Source: Macrostomum hystrix
Lineage: Eukaryota; Animalia; Platyhelminthes
Length of the DNA: 64,000 nt
Reading direction: 5' to 3'
Assembly (NCBI GenBank): GCA_950097015.1
Contig: CATNEN010000013.1
Span: 372,001-436,000 of the forward strand
How positions within the stretch are numbered: position 1 is the first letter of the stretch; each line of letters starts with the position of its first letter. The notes beneath the pieces were generated by a model, which had not been told where the DNA came from, did no database searches, and was given only the letters and a program-made list of their open reading frames with translations. A program made the translations under genes and the position numbers. Shown piece by piece: positions 36,556 through 50,100 of the stretch.

Positions 36556-37030
36556 AGTGGGCTCCTGAGGAGACAGTGGATCTCCTGAAGTGGCAGTGGG
36601 CTCCTAAGGAGACAGTGGATCTCCTGAAATGACAGTGGGCTCCTAAGGAGACAGTGGATCTCCTGAAATGACAGTGGGCTCCTAAGGAGACAGTGGATCT
36701 CCTGAAATGACAGTGGGCTCCTAAGGAGACAGTGGATCTCCTGAAATGACAGTGGGCTCCTAAGGAGACAGTGGATCTCCTGAAATGACAGTGGGCTCCT
36801 AAGGAGACAGTGGATCTCCTGAAATGACAGTGGGCTCCTAAGGAGACAGTGGATCTCCTGAAATGACAGTGGGCTCCTAAGGAGACAGTGGATCTCCTGA
36901 AATGACAGTGGGCTCCTAAGGAGACAGTGGATCTCCTGAAATGACAGTGGGCTCCTAAGGAGACAGTGGATCTCCTGAAGGGACAGTGGGCTCCTGAGGA
37001 GACAGTGGATCTCCTGAAGTGACAGTGGGT
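36545..37030. repeat. 39-bp minisatellite (CTCCTGAAATGACAGTGGGCTCCTAAGGAGACAGTGGAT) x~12
   Basis: Dimer of related 19/20-mers; contiguous with the 26-bp array. Confidence 0.93.
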
Positions 37031-37639
37031 CTGCCAAAGAGTCATCAGGAGACGCACTAAAAGCCATCATGCAATGAATGCTTATTTTCATGTGTCCTAA
37101 TTTTCTAAAAGGCACTAAAATTTTGTTTGAACAATTCCAATCATCGCAGTATTTGCAGTTATCTGTTGTAAACATTCGAATTTTTCGTTTCGAAAGATAT
37201 TCTAATACGCAGACAAAGAGTTTGTCATCCCCGCACCTGAAAGGCCACCGTGTTACTTATCTAATCTCTGTTGCTTTGGGGATAAAAACTGCTTCTAGGG
37301 GCGAGTTTGTTTGGGCTGGCCAAGGGAGCCGACGGGACTATTTAGTCTGAAAGGGGGTAGAAAAAAAAACGGGGCAACTAAAAACTAAACCGACAGTTTC
37401 CGCTTTGGCGCCGTGAATCAGCTGACGAGAGAGATCATCAACCGTCAGAACAGGTTGTTGCCATGCTTGATAGCATAGAAACAATTTGGGAATTCTGGGA
37501 CACCCATCGAAAAACGCTTCATGAACAGAATGCATGCAGCGACATTAAAGAGCTGTTTTCCTAATCATTCTGCTAATACTAGCATCACCTGAGCTCGTAT
37601 GACCATGCTCATTAATGTCATGACTGTGCTCATTACTGA

Positions 37640-39010
37640 GAAAATGATAGATGTCATGATTGTGCTCATAGATTCTAAATAACTGCTCATTGCTGAGAAT
37701 CTGCCATGATTGTGCTCATAGATTTCAAATGACTGAGCTCATTGCTGAGTACCTGATGGATGGCATGATTGTGCTCATAGATTCTAAATAACTGCTCATT
37801 GCTGAGAATCTGCCATGATTGTGCTCATAGATTTCAAATGACTGAGCTCATTGCTGAGAAACTGATAATGCCATGATTGTGCTCATAAATTTCAAATGAC
37901 TGTGCTCATTGCTGAGAAACTGATAAATGCGATGATTGTGCTCATAGATTTCAAATGACTGAGCTCATTGCTGAGAAACTGATAAATGCGATGATTGTGC
38001 TCATAGATTTCAAATGACTGAGCTCATTGCTGAGAAACTGATAAATGCGATGATTGTGCTCATAGATTTCAAATGACTGAGCTCATTGCTGAGAAACTGA
38101 TAATGCCATGATTGTGCTCATAGATTTCAAATGACTGAGCTCATTGCTGAGAAACTGATGGATGCCATGATTGTGCTCATAGATTTCAAATGACTGAGCT
38201 CATTGCTGAGTACCTGATGGATGGCATGATTGTGCTCATAGATTCTAAATAACTGCTCATTGCTGAGAATCTGCCATGATTGTGCTCATAGATTTCAAAT
38301 GACTGAGCTCATTGCTGAGAATCTGCCATGATTGTGCTCATAAATTTCAAATGACTGAGCTCATTGCTGAGAAACTGATAAATGCGATGATTGTGCTCAT
38401 AGATTTCAAATGACTGAGCTCATTGCTGAGAAACTGATGGATGCCATGATTGTGCTCATAGATTTCAAATGACTGAGCTCATTGCTGAGTACCTGATGGA
38501 TGGCATGATTGTGCTCATAGATTCTAAATAACTGCTCATTGCTGAGAATCTGCCATGATTGTGCTCATAGATTTCAAATGACTGAGCTCATTGCTGAGAA
38601 ACTGATAATGCCATGATTGTGCTCATAGATTTCAAATGACTGAGCTCATTGCTGAGAAACTGATAAATGCGATGATTGTGCTCATAGATTTCAAATGACT
38701 GAGCTCATTGCTGAGAAACTGATAATGCCATGATTGTGCTCATAGATTTCAAATGACTGAGCTCATTGCTGAGAAACTTATAGATGCCATGATTGTGCTC
38801 ATAGATTTCAAATGACTGAGCTCATTGCTGAGAAACTTATAGATGCCATGATTGTGCTCATAGATTTCAAATGACTGAGCTCATTGCTGAGAAACTTATA
38901 GATGCCATGATTGTGCTCATATATTTCAAATGACTGAGCTCATTGCTGAGAAACTTATAGATGCCATGATTGTGCTCATAGATTTCAAATGACTGAGCTC
39001 ATTGCTGAGA
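37640..39010. repeat. ~52-59-bp minisatellite (TGATTGTGCTCATAGATTTCAAATGACTGAGCTCATTGCTGAG..) x~24
   Basis: Directly visible, with variable unit tails. Confidence 0.93.
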
Positions 39011-39929
39011 GTTACCAAACCAGTTCCGCAGTTACCAAAAACACAATGTAAAGGACACTGCATGGGAAGGCATCGTGAACTATTTATATTTGCGGAGAGA
39101 TTGAAAAGCTACAAACACACACACACACACACACACACAGCTTCTTGCTTGACATCTGCTAGATCGGACAGTGTTTGACGGCTGACATTTGTCTGTGCTG
39201 TGCCACCGTTGTGATCTTTATTTTCATAAGCTCCTGTGGGAAGAATGTAGAAAACCCGGCCTAAAATCCCAATCGCCTATGTCTATGGCATGTCGGCCAG
39301 GTAGAACTAAAAGATGCAGCTTGGAGAGGCTGGGAAGCGCAAGAATCCTCAGCCACAGCTGCAACTGACAGCTGACCTGTCCATCACAGCGGGAGGCCGT
39401 CTTCCCTGATCCCACCCTCCACAGTACGTTTCACCCCCACCGGCTCCCAAGATTGGGATCAAAGGCGCCGCCGCTCCCAGCCCCCTTATGCCTATCCCAG
39501 CCGGCATTGCTTTGGGGGGGGCTTAGGGAAAGTAGCCGTGTTGTTAAACACTCTAACCCGACAGGAAATCTCCCATACTCCCAGATGCAGAGGCGGCAGC
39601 GGGCACCTCGAGGCAGCCGACAGTCAGAAAGGAAACAAGAGGTGTCAGGAGCCGAAATCAGTTCTTTGCCTCGTCCGAGGCTTCCAGTTAGTCGCTCTGA
39701 CTAATGTCAAGCCAGCCTCCACAAAATAGAAGCAACAGCAGAAATGGAATCTTGGTTGCAATACAACAGTGACACAACAAAAGCAAATGTAAGAAGCTTG
39801 CCTAATTGTTGCTAGGCAGCATAATGGTAGGATTTTTGGCAATGAAATTGGCGACCTAGATACAAAATATTGCATTTACTTGTTAATCACTTTTCTAAAC
39901 CAACTTTGGTCACTTGTTGATTCGGTTCC

Positions 39930-40680
39930 ACTTACAGTTTCGATTCCCGCTCCGATTCCATCTATAGCTACGATTCCTGGTTCGATTCCATTTATATCTA
40001 CGATTCTTGGTTCGATTCCATCTATAACTACGATTCCCGCTTCGATTCCATCTATATCTATGATTCCTGATACGATTCCATTTATAGCTACGAGTCCTGA
40101 TTGGATTCCATTAATATCTACGATTCTTGGTTCGATTCCATTTATAACTACGATTCCTGCTTCGATTCCATTTATAGATACGATTCCCGCTTCGATTCCA
40201 TTTATAGCTACGATTCTTGGTTCGATTCCATTTATAACTACGATTCCCGCTTCGATTCCATTTATAGCTACGATTCCCGCTTCGATTCCATCTATAACTA
40301 CGATTCCCGCTTCGATTCCATTTATATCTACGATTCTTGGTTCGATTCCATTTATAACTACGATTCCCGCTTCGATTCCATTTATATCTACGATTCCCGC
40401 TTCGATTCCATCTATAGCTACGATTCCCGCTTCGATTCCATTTATAGCTACGATTCCCGCTTCGGTTCCATTTATATCTACGATTCCTGGTTCGATTCGA
40501 TTTATAACTACGATTCCCGCTTCGGTTCCATTTATAGCTACGATTACTAGTTCGATTCCATTTATAACTACGATTCCTGGTTCGATTCCTTGTAACTACG
40601 ATGCTTTCTTCGATTAATTGACAGGTTCGATTTCTGCTTCGATTTTTTGTAGCTACGATTCCTGCTTCGATTCCCCAATG
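39930..40680. repeat. 30-bp minisatellite (CGATTCCCGCTTCGATTCCATTTATAGCTA) x~23
   Basis: Directly visible; explains ORFs 39880-40617 and 40101-40550. Confidence 0.93.
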
Positions 40681-41409
40681 GCTTCTATTCTTGCTTAGAA
40701 TTTGTAACTGACAAGGTTTTTTATTGGGTTCTAGTTACAATTACTTTTTTCAACTTTCTGCCAAGACAATACCATAAAGGATTTCCGTGTTTAATTTCTC
40801 CCCAAAGCCGGGATTTCATTCGAATTTTCCTGCCATTATTTTCCCACCCAGTGAGTCACCAAAAGGGGGTCAAATATGCGGCAGCAAGTAGCCATGCGCT
40901 GATCAGTCACTGCGGCTAAATGCTGGTCGGTTCCCTAATTCCTATCGCGGCATCCAGTCAGCCAGCTTCCCGATTCCTCCATTCCGATTTGGTTGACCGC
41001 CTCATCAATGACTTTGCGAAGGGGGGGGGAGAGAATCAGTGCGGGGAATCTTAAGCTGGGTGAGACACAGTTAGATTTAGGGATAAATGGAAGGATAAAA
41101 AAAACTGGGGATCTAGATACTGATGAGGATTATTGAACTCGGAATCGTTTTTATTGAGGGCTGAGTAACAAGCTAGGTTAGTGGCTTGAGCAACAGATCT
41201 GAGCACAGAGGTCGTTTATTGTTGGCCACAGGGAAAAACGAGCCTAATGAGGATCAGATTTTCTAGAAAACCAAACTTTGCAAATCAAATTTTCTGGATC
41301 ATCTTAGCTTAGTCAATTGACTGTGCGAGGTCCGCAACAGCATTCCTTAATGAACTTTCTGATCGACTATGATCCGAAATTTCTGAGAATAGTACCAGAA
41401 GAGCTATGA

Positions 41410-42250
41410 GACTGATGACCAACTGACTATAAACAGACAGGCTGTGATGACCAACTGACAATAAACAGACAGGCAGTGATGACCAACTGACAATAAACAG
41501 ACAGATAGTGATGACTAACTGACAATAAACAGACAGACAGTGATGACCAACTGCCAATAAACAGACCGGCAGTGATGACCAACTGCCAATAAACAGACCG
41601 GCAGTGATGACCAACTGCCAATAAACAGACCGGCAGTGATGACCAACTGACAATAAACAGACAGATAGTGATGACTAACTGACAATAAACAGACAGACAG
41701 TGATGACCAACTGCCAATAAACAGACCGGCAGTGATGACCAACTGCCAATAAACAGACCGGCAGTGATGACCAACTGCCAATAAACAGACCGGCAGTGAT
41801 GACCAACTGCCAATAAACAGACCGGCAGTGATGACCAACTGCCAATAAACAGACCGGCAGTGATGACCAACTGACAATAAACAGACAGGCAGTGATGACC
41901 AACTGCCAATAAACAGACAGGCAGTGATGACCAACTGACAATAAACAGACAGGCAGTGATGACCAACTGACAATAAACAGACCGGCAGTGATGACCAACT
42001 GACAATAAACAGACAGGCAGTGATGACCAACTGCCAATAAACAGACAGGCAGTGATGACCAACTGACTATAAACAGACAGGCAGTGATGACCAACTGACA
42101 ATAAACAGACAGGCAGTGATGACCAACTGACAATAAACAGACAGGCAGTGATGACCAACTGACAATAAACAGACAGGCAGTGATGACCAACTGACAATAA
42201 ACAGACAGGCAGTGATGACCAACTGACAATAAACAGACAGGCAGTGATGA
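41410..42250. repeat. 32-bp minisatellite (GCAGTGATGACCAACTGACAATAAACAGACAG) x~26
   Basis: Directly visible. Confidence 0.95.
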
Positions 42251-42689
42251 AAAACTCTCAAAAGCATAATATTAGCTATGTTGCAAGCTATATCATGTAT
42301 GTAGCTATAGCATGATATAGCTTATAGATATGCGACACTTGTAAGGGCTACTAATTTGCATTAACATTAGACCGTAAGTAAATATAATGCAAACATTAGC
42401 ATACTACAAAATGAATTAATGAGAACGAAATAAAAGAGACTCTCAGAGGTCATCAGCGCGCTGTGACAGGTTCTGCGCCGGGAATTACGCAACAGGCTAG
42501 TCTATGCAGTTATCCCTTTATCCATCGCCCCTGCCCTAATCGCAAGCGATATCTCTGCTCAATTATATATTCCAGTCTGAATTGAGTGCGGAGAAGGCCG
42601 ATACACAGCCTGAGAACTTATTCCGACTAAGGCGAGATTAGCACGATGAAATTGACGGCTTGGCAGCATCGGTGATGACTCACCTTGTG

Positions 42690-43255
42690 GAGTAGTGAGT
42701 TCGATCCTGTGTGAGTAGTGAGTACTAGTTCCTGTGTGAGTAGTGAGTACTAGATCCTGTGTGAGTAGTGAGTACTAGATCCTGTGTGAGTAATGAGTAC
42801 TAGATCCTGTGTGAGTAGTGAGTATTAGATCCTGTGTGAGTAGTGAGTACTAGATCCTGTGTGAGTAGTGAGTACTAGATCCTGTGTGAGTAGTGAGTAT
42901 TAGATCCTGTGTGAGTAGTGAGTATTAGATCTTGTGTGAGTAGTGAGTACTAGATCCTGTGTGAGTAGTGAGTATTAGATCCTGTGTGAGTAGTGAGTAC
43001 TAGATCCTGTGTGAGTAGTGAGTACTAGATCCTGTGTGAGTAGTGAGTACTAGATCCTGTGTGAGTAGTGAGTATTAGATCCTGTGTGATTAGTGAGTAC
43101 TAGATCCTGTGTGAGTAGTGAGTTCGATCCTGTGTGAGTAGTGAGTACTAGATCCTGTGTGAGTAGTGAGTATTAGTTCCTGTGTGAGTAGTGAGTACTA
43201 GATCCTGTGTGAGTAGTGAGTATTAGATCCTGTGTGAGTAGTGATTTCGATTCTG
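42690..43255. repeat. 25-bp minisatellite (AGTACTAGATCCTGTGTGAGTAGTG) x~22
   Basis: Directly visible; first unit and one internal unit read GAGTTCGATCC. Confidence 0.95.
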
Positions 43256-44020
43256 TGTACTTTAGCTAAGACTTGAGCAAAGCTAGGCACTTCTAGAATC
43301 TGGTTTGGTAAACAAGTTGCAAAGCAACAGTCTTTGTTAATTTGTAAAATAGCCGCCTAAATAGGAGTCCTTATTAAATAAGTTTTTATTTGATGTGTTC
43401 GATTATACTCGTAAATAAGATTTATACATTTGAGCAAATTTACTACCAAACACGAAACACATAATCTTGTGGGCGATTCTCTGATTGGGTCAGGATTGAA
43501 GTTGACCGATAACTGCTAAAAGATAGTGTAAATAATCACATTCATTAATTATTAGTGAGAAAATTATGACATAACAATAATAAGGCAAGGATTTAGACAG
43601 AAATCACAGATTGTTATAACAAAAGGTCGACCGCTAGTATTAATGAAACAAAAAATAGAGAAGTGTGGGTGGTACTTTGAATGTTTAATCAGAGACCACA
43701 AAAATAATGAGTGGCATAGGAATGGCAGTTATGTTGGCACAGCAGTTAAATGAAACAATAAACTAGCAAAAATCATCAAGTTAGATTTAACAAGGAGAAT
43801 ATCAATGTAAAATATAATTATGAATATGAAATCAATCAGGAAAATGATCCCTAGGGGAAGGCTTGGAAAGTGGATGGAGTGAGAGATAAGGCTACGACGT
43901 GGAAAGTTAATAATAAAAAATGATTTATTGCACACAGAGACAAAGAAACAAAAATAGAAGTGTTTGTAAATAATTAGTTTTCTAAACTCATGCTCAATCG
44001 AACAGCCATCGCTTCGCGAA

Positions 44021-44112
44021 TCAAAACGCGTAGGTGACAACGGCTCGACTGTCATCGCAGGCTCTCTGGGCGGTGCAGCTTAGCCGCAAATTAGATGGCA
44101 ACGCGACCGCAG

Positions 44113-44143
<31 letters not shown>

Positions 44144-47100
44144 ACTTAGTGGGTCTGGCAGCTCCCACAGGTAGGCCACTGCACAGCCGGGCGACAGGGT
44201 CTGTAAGTTAGGAATAGGCAGGTAATTCAAGGGATTCGACTCAATGGGATTGGAATGAATGGAACTCGACGTCTTTGGGATTTGACTCTTTGGGATATGA
44301 CTCTTTGGGATTTGACTCTTTGGGATATGACTCTTTGGGATATGACTCTTTGGGATTTAACTCGATGGGATTCGACTTAGGATTTGACTCTTTGGGATAT
44401 GACTCTTTGGGATTTGACTCTTTGGGATATGACTCTTTGGGATTTGACTCTTTGGGATATGACTCTTTGGGATTTGACTCTTTGGGATTTGACTCTTTGG
44501 GATATGACTCTTTGGGATTTAACTCGATGGGATTCGACTTAGGATTTGACTCTTTGGGATATGACTCTTTGGGATTTGACTCTTTGGGATATGACTCTTT
44601 GGGATTTGACTCTTTGGGATATGACTCTTTGGGATTTGACTCTTTGGGATTTGACTCTTTGGGATTTGACTCTTTGGGATATGACTCTTTGGGATTTAAC
44701 TCGATGGGATTCGACTTAGGATTTGACTCTTTGGGATATGACTCTTTGGGATATGACTCTTTGGGATTTGACTCTTTGGGATATGACTCTTTGGGATTTG
44801 ACTCTTTGGGATATGACTCTTTGGGATTTGACTCTTTGGGATTTGACTCTTTGGGATATGACTCTTTGGGATTTTACTCGATGGGATTCGAATATTTTGA
44901 GTTTGACTCTTTGGGATTTGACTCGTTGGGATTTGACCCTTTGGGATTTGACCCTTTGGGATTTGACCCTTTGGGATTCGTCTTGATGGGATTTGACTCT
45001 TACAAGCAGTTACAACAATTGTAAAAATCTCGGCACTAATCTTAAAAATTGAATTGCACAAACCTCTTCAACGTTGCACAACAACTTGGCAGATTTCCAG
45101 GACAGCTCAGGATTAGACACTAGCAGCGTCTCGTCCAGTTCCTCGTTGGGACGCAGGTGCACAGACAGGTAGGTCTTGCTGCGATTTGGGAAGCCAGGTA
45201 GGGCGGAGGGATGATTGCTAATTGGTACAGATTCAAGAGGTTATTCAGCGAACTCACGATCCGGTGTTGTGCACACAATGCGAGAACAGCAATGGCCGCA
45301 GGTAGCGCAGTTCAACCCTCGCCGCATCGCCGTCGGGCACCTGGGCGACGGCTAGCCGGATTGCGGCGCGGCCGCCGCTGGTCCAGGCCTCGCCAGGCTG
45401 CGGCTCAGCGCGGCAGGCGAAGCTGAAACGCAGACAACCGTCGGCATCGATCGCGGCCTTGCCAGTTGGCGTAGCCGACTCGCCGACAGAAGAATCTGTC
45501 AGGGGCAGGAGACGCAGTTCGGGCTGCGGCTGGCTTCCGCCGCCTCCGGAGCCGTCCAGTAACCCAGGCCGCAGTTGGACAACAAGGCGATGCTCAAAGT
45601 GAAGAAGCAGCGGCGGCTGCGGTGTCGGCGGCAGCAGCTCCAGGCTGGGCAGGAGGCGCCTGCGCAGCGCCGGATCCCGCCAGGTTGCATCGCAGAGGCG
45701 CCGGCGTCGTCGATGCCGACCAAGAAGGCCGGATGGCGTCGTCGCAGAGGCGTCGGCAAAGAAGACAAGCCGGCCGCACTGGACTAGAAGCTCGCCAGGC
45801 TCCAGAAGGCCTGCAGTCTGTTAAAAAGTAGCAGATTTGTGGCTTACAACATCTTAACGAGTTTGTCTAGTATCTGACTACTATTAGTAGCAGCGCGATG
45901 ATATTGGTACCGTGACAAGCGACATAGAGATATTTTAAATGCCTCGTTTCGACTCAAACGATTTATCAACGACTAAAACGCATTTATCTAACGACTCATA
46001 ACCTTTACTAACAACTCAAAAGCTTTACCAACGTTTTATGCGCTTGATTAACGACTCAAACGCATTACTAACGACTAAAAGGCTTCTCTAACAACCCAAA
46101 CGCTTCTCTAACGACTCAAACGCATTACTAACGACTAAAAGGCTTCTCTAACAACCGAAACGCTTCTCTAACAACCCAAACGCTTCTCTAACAACCCAAA
46201 TGCTTCTCTAACAACCCAAACGCTTCTCTAACAACCCAAACGCTTCTCTAACAACCCAAACGCTTCTCTAACAACCCAAACGCTTCTCTAACAACCCAAA
46301 CGCTTCTCTAACAACCCAAACGCTTCTCTAACAACCCAAACGCTTCTCTAACAACCCAAACGCTTCTCTAACGACTCAAACGCTTCTCTAACGACTCAAA
46401 CGCTACTCTAACGACTCAAAAGCTTCTCTAGCGACTCAAACGCTACTCTAACGACTCAAAAGCTTCTCTAGCGACTCAAACGCTACTCTAACGACTCAAA
46501 AGCTTCTCTAGCGACTCTCTAACACCTCTCTAACACCTCTCACTCAGGGCGGTGTGCATGTGAGGGCTGGTCCGCACCCTTCAGACTTTAGTCCTGACCT
46601 GAGCTTCCAGTACAACTCGATTCTCGCCAGGCAGAAGGCGAACTCCGCCAGCAATGAGCGCCGGCCGGCCAGCAGCCAACGACGCTTCAGTTCTCAAAGC
46701 GGCGAAACGCTCCGGACTGTCCAAGGAAGAGTTGAGAGAGACGGACGAATCTGCCGATGCCAGCGGGTATCGCTGTTTGGCATCTTTCGGATCGCCGTAG
46801 CGAACTACGCAACGACCCGGCGTTGGAAAGCCAACACAGTGGCTATCGAAGAGGTCGGCGTCAGATGAATCGTCAGCGGCCGATTGTGGACTACCGGGAT
46901 TTGGCTTGGGCGCTGCGAGCGGCAGTACGAGATCTCCGGGGGCGAGACTGCGGGCCGAGAGGCGGCTCTGACTGCGCTCAAGCGGAGGCGGCAGCTGCTG
47001 CTCCTGGTTGACTAAGGCCTCGTCAGCGGTGGAGTTTCTACAAAGATGGAGAAAGGGAAAGATGGTGATGGAAAGGGATAGATAGGATAGAATGGGACAG

Positions 47101-50100
47101 TATAGGATAATATGAGACAGTACAGGATAGAATGGGATAGAATGGGATAGAATGGGATAGAATGGGATAGAATGGGATAGAATGGGATAGAGTGTGATAG
47201 TATGCATTGCAGTAATTAGAAATGAGCTGTTGCATTAATTGGTTCTAACAATACTTTCTGCATAAGCTTACCGAATGGACACATGCTGCTGTTCCATGGA
47301 CGGCTGCGACCTCAGCAGATTGGGCTTCGCTGGCTTCAGCGGCTTCGGCGGCTTCGGCGGCGGCTGACCGCGCGCTCTGACAGGCGAAGATTCCGCCTGT
47401 GGCTTCGGCGAAGCCTCGGAATTCGACGGGCCCGGGCCAAATGCGACGCACCGAACGGTCACGTTGTCGAGGGGCTTCGGGGCGGCCCAGTGAAGCTGAA
47501 GGAGGGCTCTCTGGCGCCGATTCGGACAGTCGCCGAGCAGCGTCAGCCGGAGCGGCTTCAGCAGCGGCTCGCAGGGCAGGCGCACTTTGCGCAGAATTCG
47601 ATTCGGGGAATCAGCGACGCCGACTGAATCGGCCTCAGCGGCGGAGTCGAGCATAACGGTGCTGACATCTGACCAGGCGGCCATCGACTCCTCCGGCGGC
47701 AGGTCTGGACTGGTGGCCACATGCAGCAGCGACTTCAGCAGGCGGTCCCGCTGCTGACCGGCCTGAGCCCGCTGGCAGCTGAGAATCCGGCGGCGGGCAT
47801 CGGCCTCCAGGCTTGGCCAGCCGTCCGCTTTGAAGGTCTTCAGGGCTACTTTGTAGAAGCGCTCGGCCAGTACTGGATCGCCGCAGACTCTGAAAGATGA
47901 AATATGATTCCTTATTTATTAAGTAACTGAGGTCACGATGGGCCTGAGGTCATGAAGGCCTGAGGTCATGAAGGGCCTGAGGTCATGAAGGGCCTGAGGT
48001 CATGAAGGGCCTGAGGTCATGAAGGGCCTGAGGTCATGAAGGGCCTGAGGTCATGAAGGGCCTGAGGTCATGAAGGGCCTGAGGTCATGAAGGGCCTGAG
48101 GTCATGAAGGGCCTGAGGTCATGAAGGGCCTGAGGTCATGATGGGTCTGAGGCCACGATGGATCCGAGGTCATAATCCCCGATACTCACAGGTAGAAGTC
48201 GGCCTTCTCAATAGAAGCCATTGCGGCAAAACGTGTCCGACCCTGATGCTTGTAGATGCCAATTGAGAAGTCAATGAGCTCCTGACAGAAAAATGTAATA
48301 TGCGAATAGCTCAAGATAAGGGTCTGCTGATATCTGTCACAAATCTATTACACTCACGTGATAGGCGTCTCTAAAGGCCGCTTCTGAAGACAGCCAGTCG
48401 GCCATTTTCTGATCGGCCGAGTCGCCGCTGATGAGCTGCTCGCCGGCCACGCTGCCAGCGGTGATGGCCCGCAGCTGGAGCATTCGCTGATTGTGCTCAG
48501 AGCTACGCCGCTCAGCTGTTAGGCCGCACAGTTCGCCTAGGCTGAGCAGTTTCCGGCTGGCCAGGTGGCACACGTCGGCCATTGGGCCGGAGTTGAGAAT
48601 GTGCGAGTAGCGCTGCACAATGTGCCGCACCTGAAGGCAGCAGAGCAGTACCCAGGCGTTTACTTGGAGGTCCGGCACGTCCAGCTGGAACAAGTAAAAT
48701 TTGGTGCTCTAGAAATTCAGCGGAACCTGACAGATAAAGCAGCTGGAGGTGAGAAAAACAGAGGGGTTGCGGGAGAGAGGTGTGAGAAAACTGTCTTCTT
48801 TAAAATTTTTCACTTTCAAAAAGATAAGGGTTAAAAGGCATACTTTTAAAAAGAGAGTCGGAAAATGTATTTTAAAGAAGGAAACGATAGAACAGTATTT
48901 TTGGAGAGGGTAAGAAAAATTGTATTTTTGGGTGAGAAAACAGTCTTCTTTACAAAAGGAGGGGTGAGAAAACTTTCTTCTTTAAAAAGGAGAGGGGTGA
49001 GAAAACAGTCTTCTTTAAAAAGGAGGGGTGAGAAAACTTTCTTCTTTAAAAAAGGAAAGGATGAGAAAACATTCTGCTTCAAAAAAAAGAGGGGTGAGAA
49101 AACTTTCTTCTTTAAAAAAGGAGAGGGGTGAGAAAACAGTCTTCTTTAAAAGGAGGGGTGAGAAAACTTTCTTCTTTAAAAAAGGAGAGGGGTGAGAAAA
49201 CAGTCTTCTTTAAAAAGGAGGGGTGAGAAAACTTTCTTCTTTAAAAAAGGAGAGGGGTGAGAAAACAGTCTTCTTTAAAAAGGAGGGGTGAGAAAACTTT
49301 CTTCTTAAAAAAGGAAAGGGTGAGAAAATATTCTGCTTCAAAAAAAGAGGGGTGAGAAAACTTTCTTCTTTAAAAAAGGAGAAGTGAGAAAACAGTCGCT
49401 GCTTCAAAAAGGAGAGGGGTGAGAATGCGGTGTCTCACCTTGAGCAGCTTGGCCTGATGCAGAGTGCCAAACAGGAATTGCATAGCCTGACTTGGTATTC
49501 GGTCGAATGCCTGCATCAGGCTGCAATAGCAGCACTTGCGCGAGAACAAATAGAGTTTGAACTCAAACAGGTTGGCCATCTGGGCGCGCACGTGGGCCCG
49601 CTTCTCCGGATCGCTATAGTGCACAATGCCCAGCGGATCTATGCGGCTGAACTCCAGGCTGACGAAGTTTACTAGCCAGGGCATTGAGCAGCCTGGGGAG
49701 CGATGAGTGCGATGTGAGATGAGATGATTGCCATTAGAACCTCAAACAGGAGCCTCAATTAGAATTCCCATACATTAGAGCCTCAATTAGAATTCCCATA
49801 CATTAGAGCCTCAATTAGAATTCCCATACATTAGAGCCTCAATTAGAATTCCCATACATTAGAGCCTCAATTAGAATTCCCATACATTAGAGCCTCAATT
49901 AGAATTCCCATACATTAGAGCCTCAATTAGAATTCCCATACATTAGAGCCTCAATTAGAATTCCCATACATTAGAGCCTCAATTAGAATCCCTTATACAT
50001 TAGAGCCTCAATTAGAATCCCTTATACATTAGAGCCTCAATTAGAATCCCTTATACACTAGAGCCTCAATTGGAATCCCTTATATATTAGAGCCTCAATT

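Noticed and set aside
44275-45024. (GFDSL/GYDSL)n ORF as an antifreeze- or adhesive-like protein
   Set aside because: Antisense within a TRAPPC10 intron, a pure 15-bp array, with no signal peptide or splice support.
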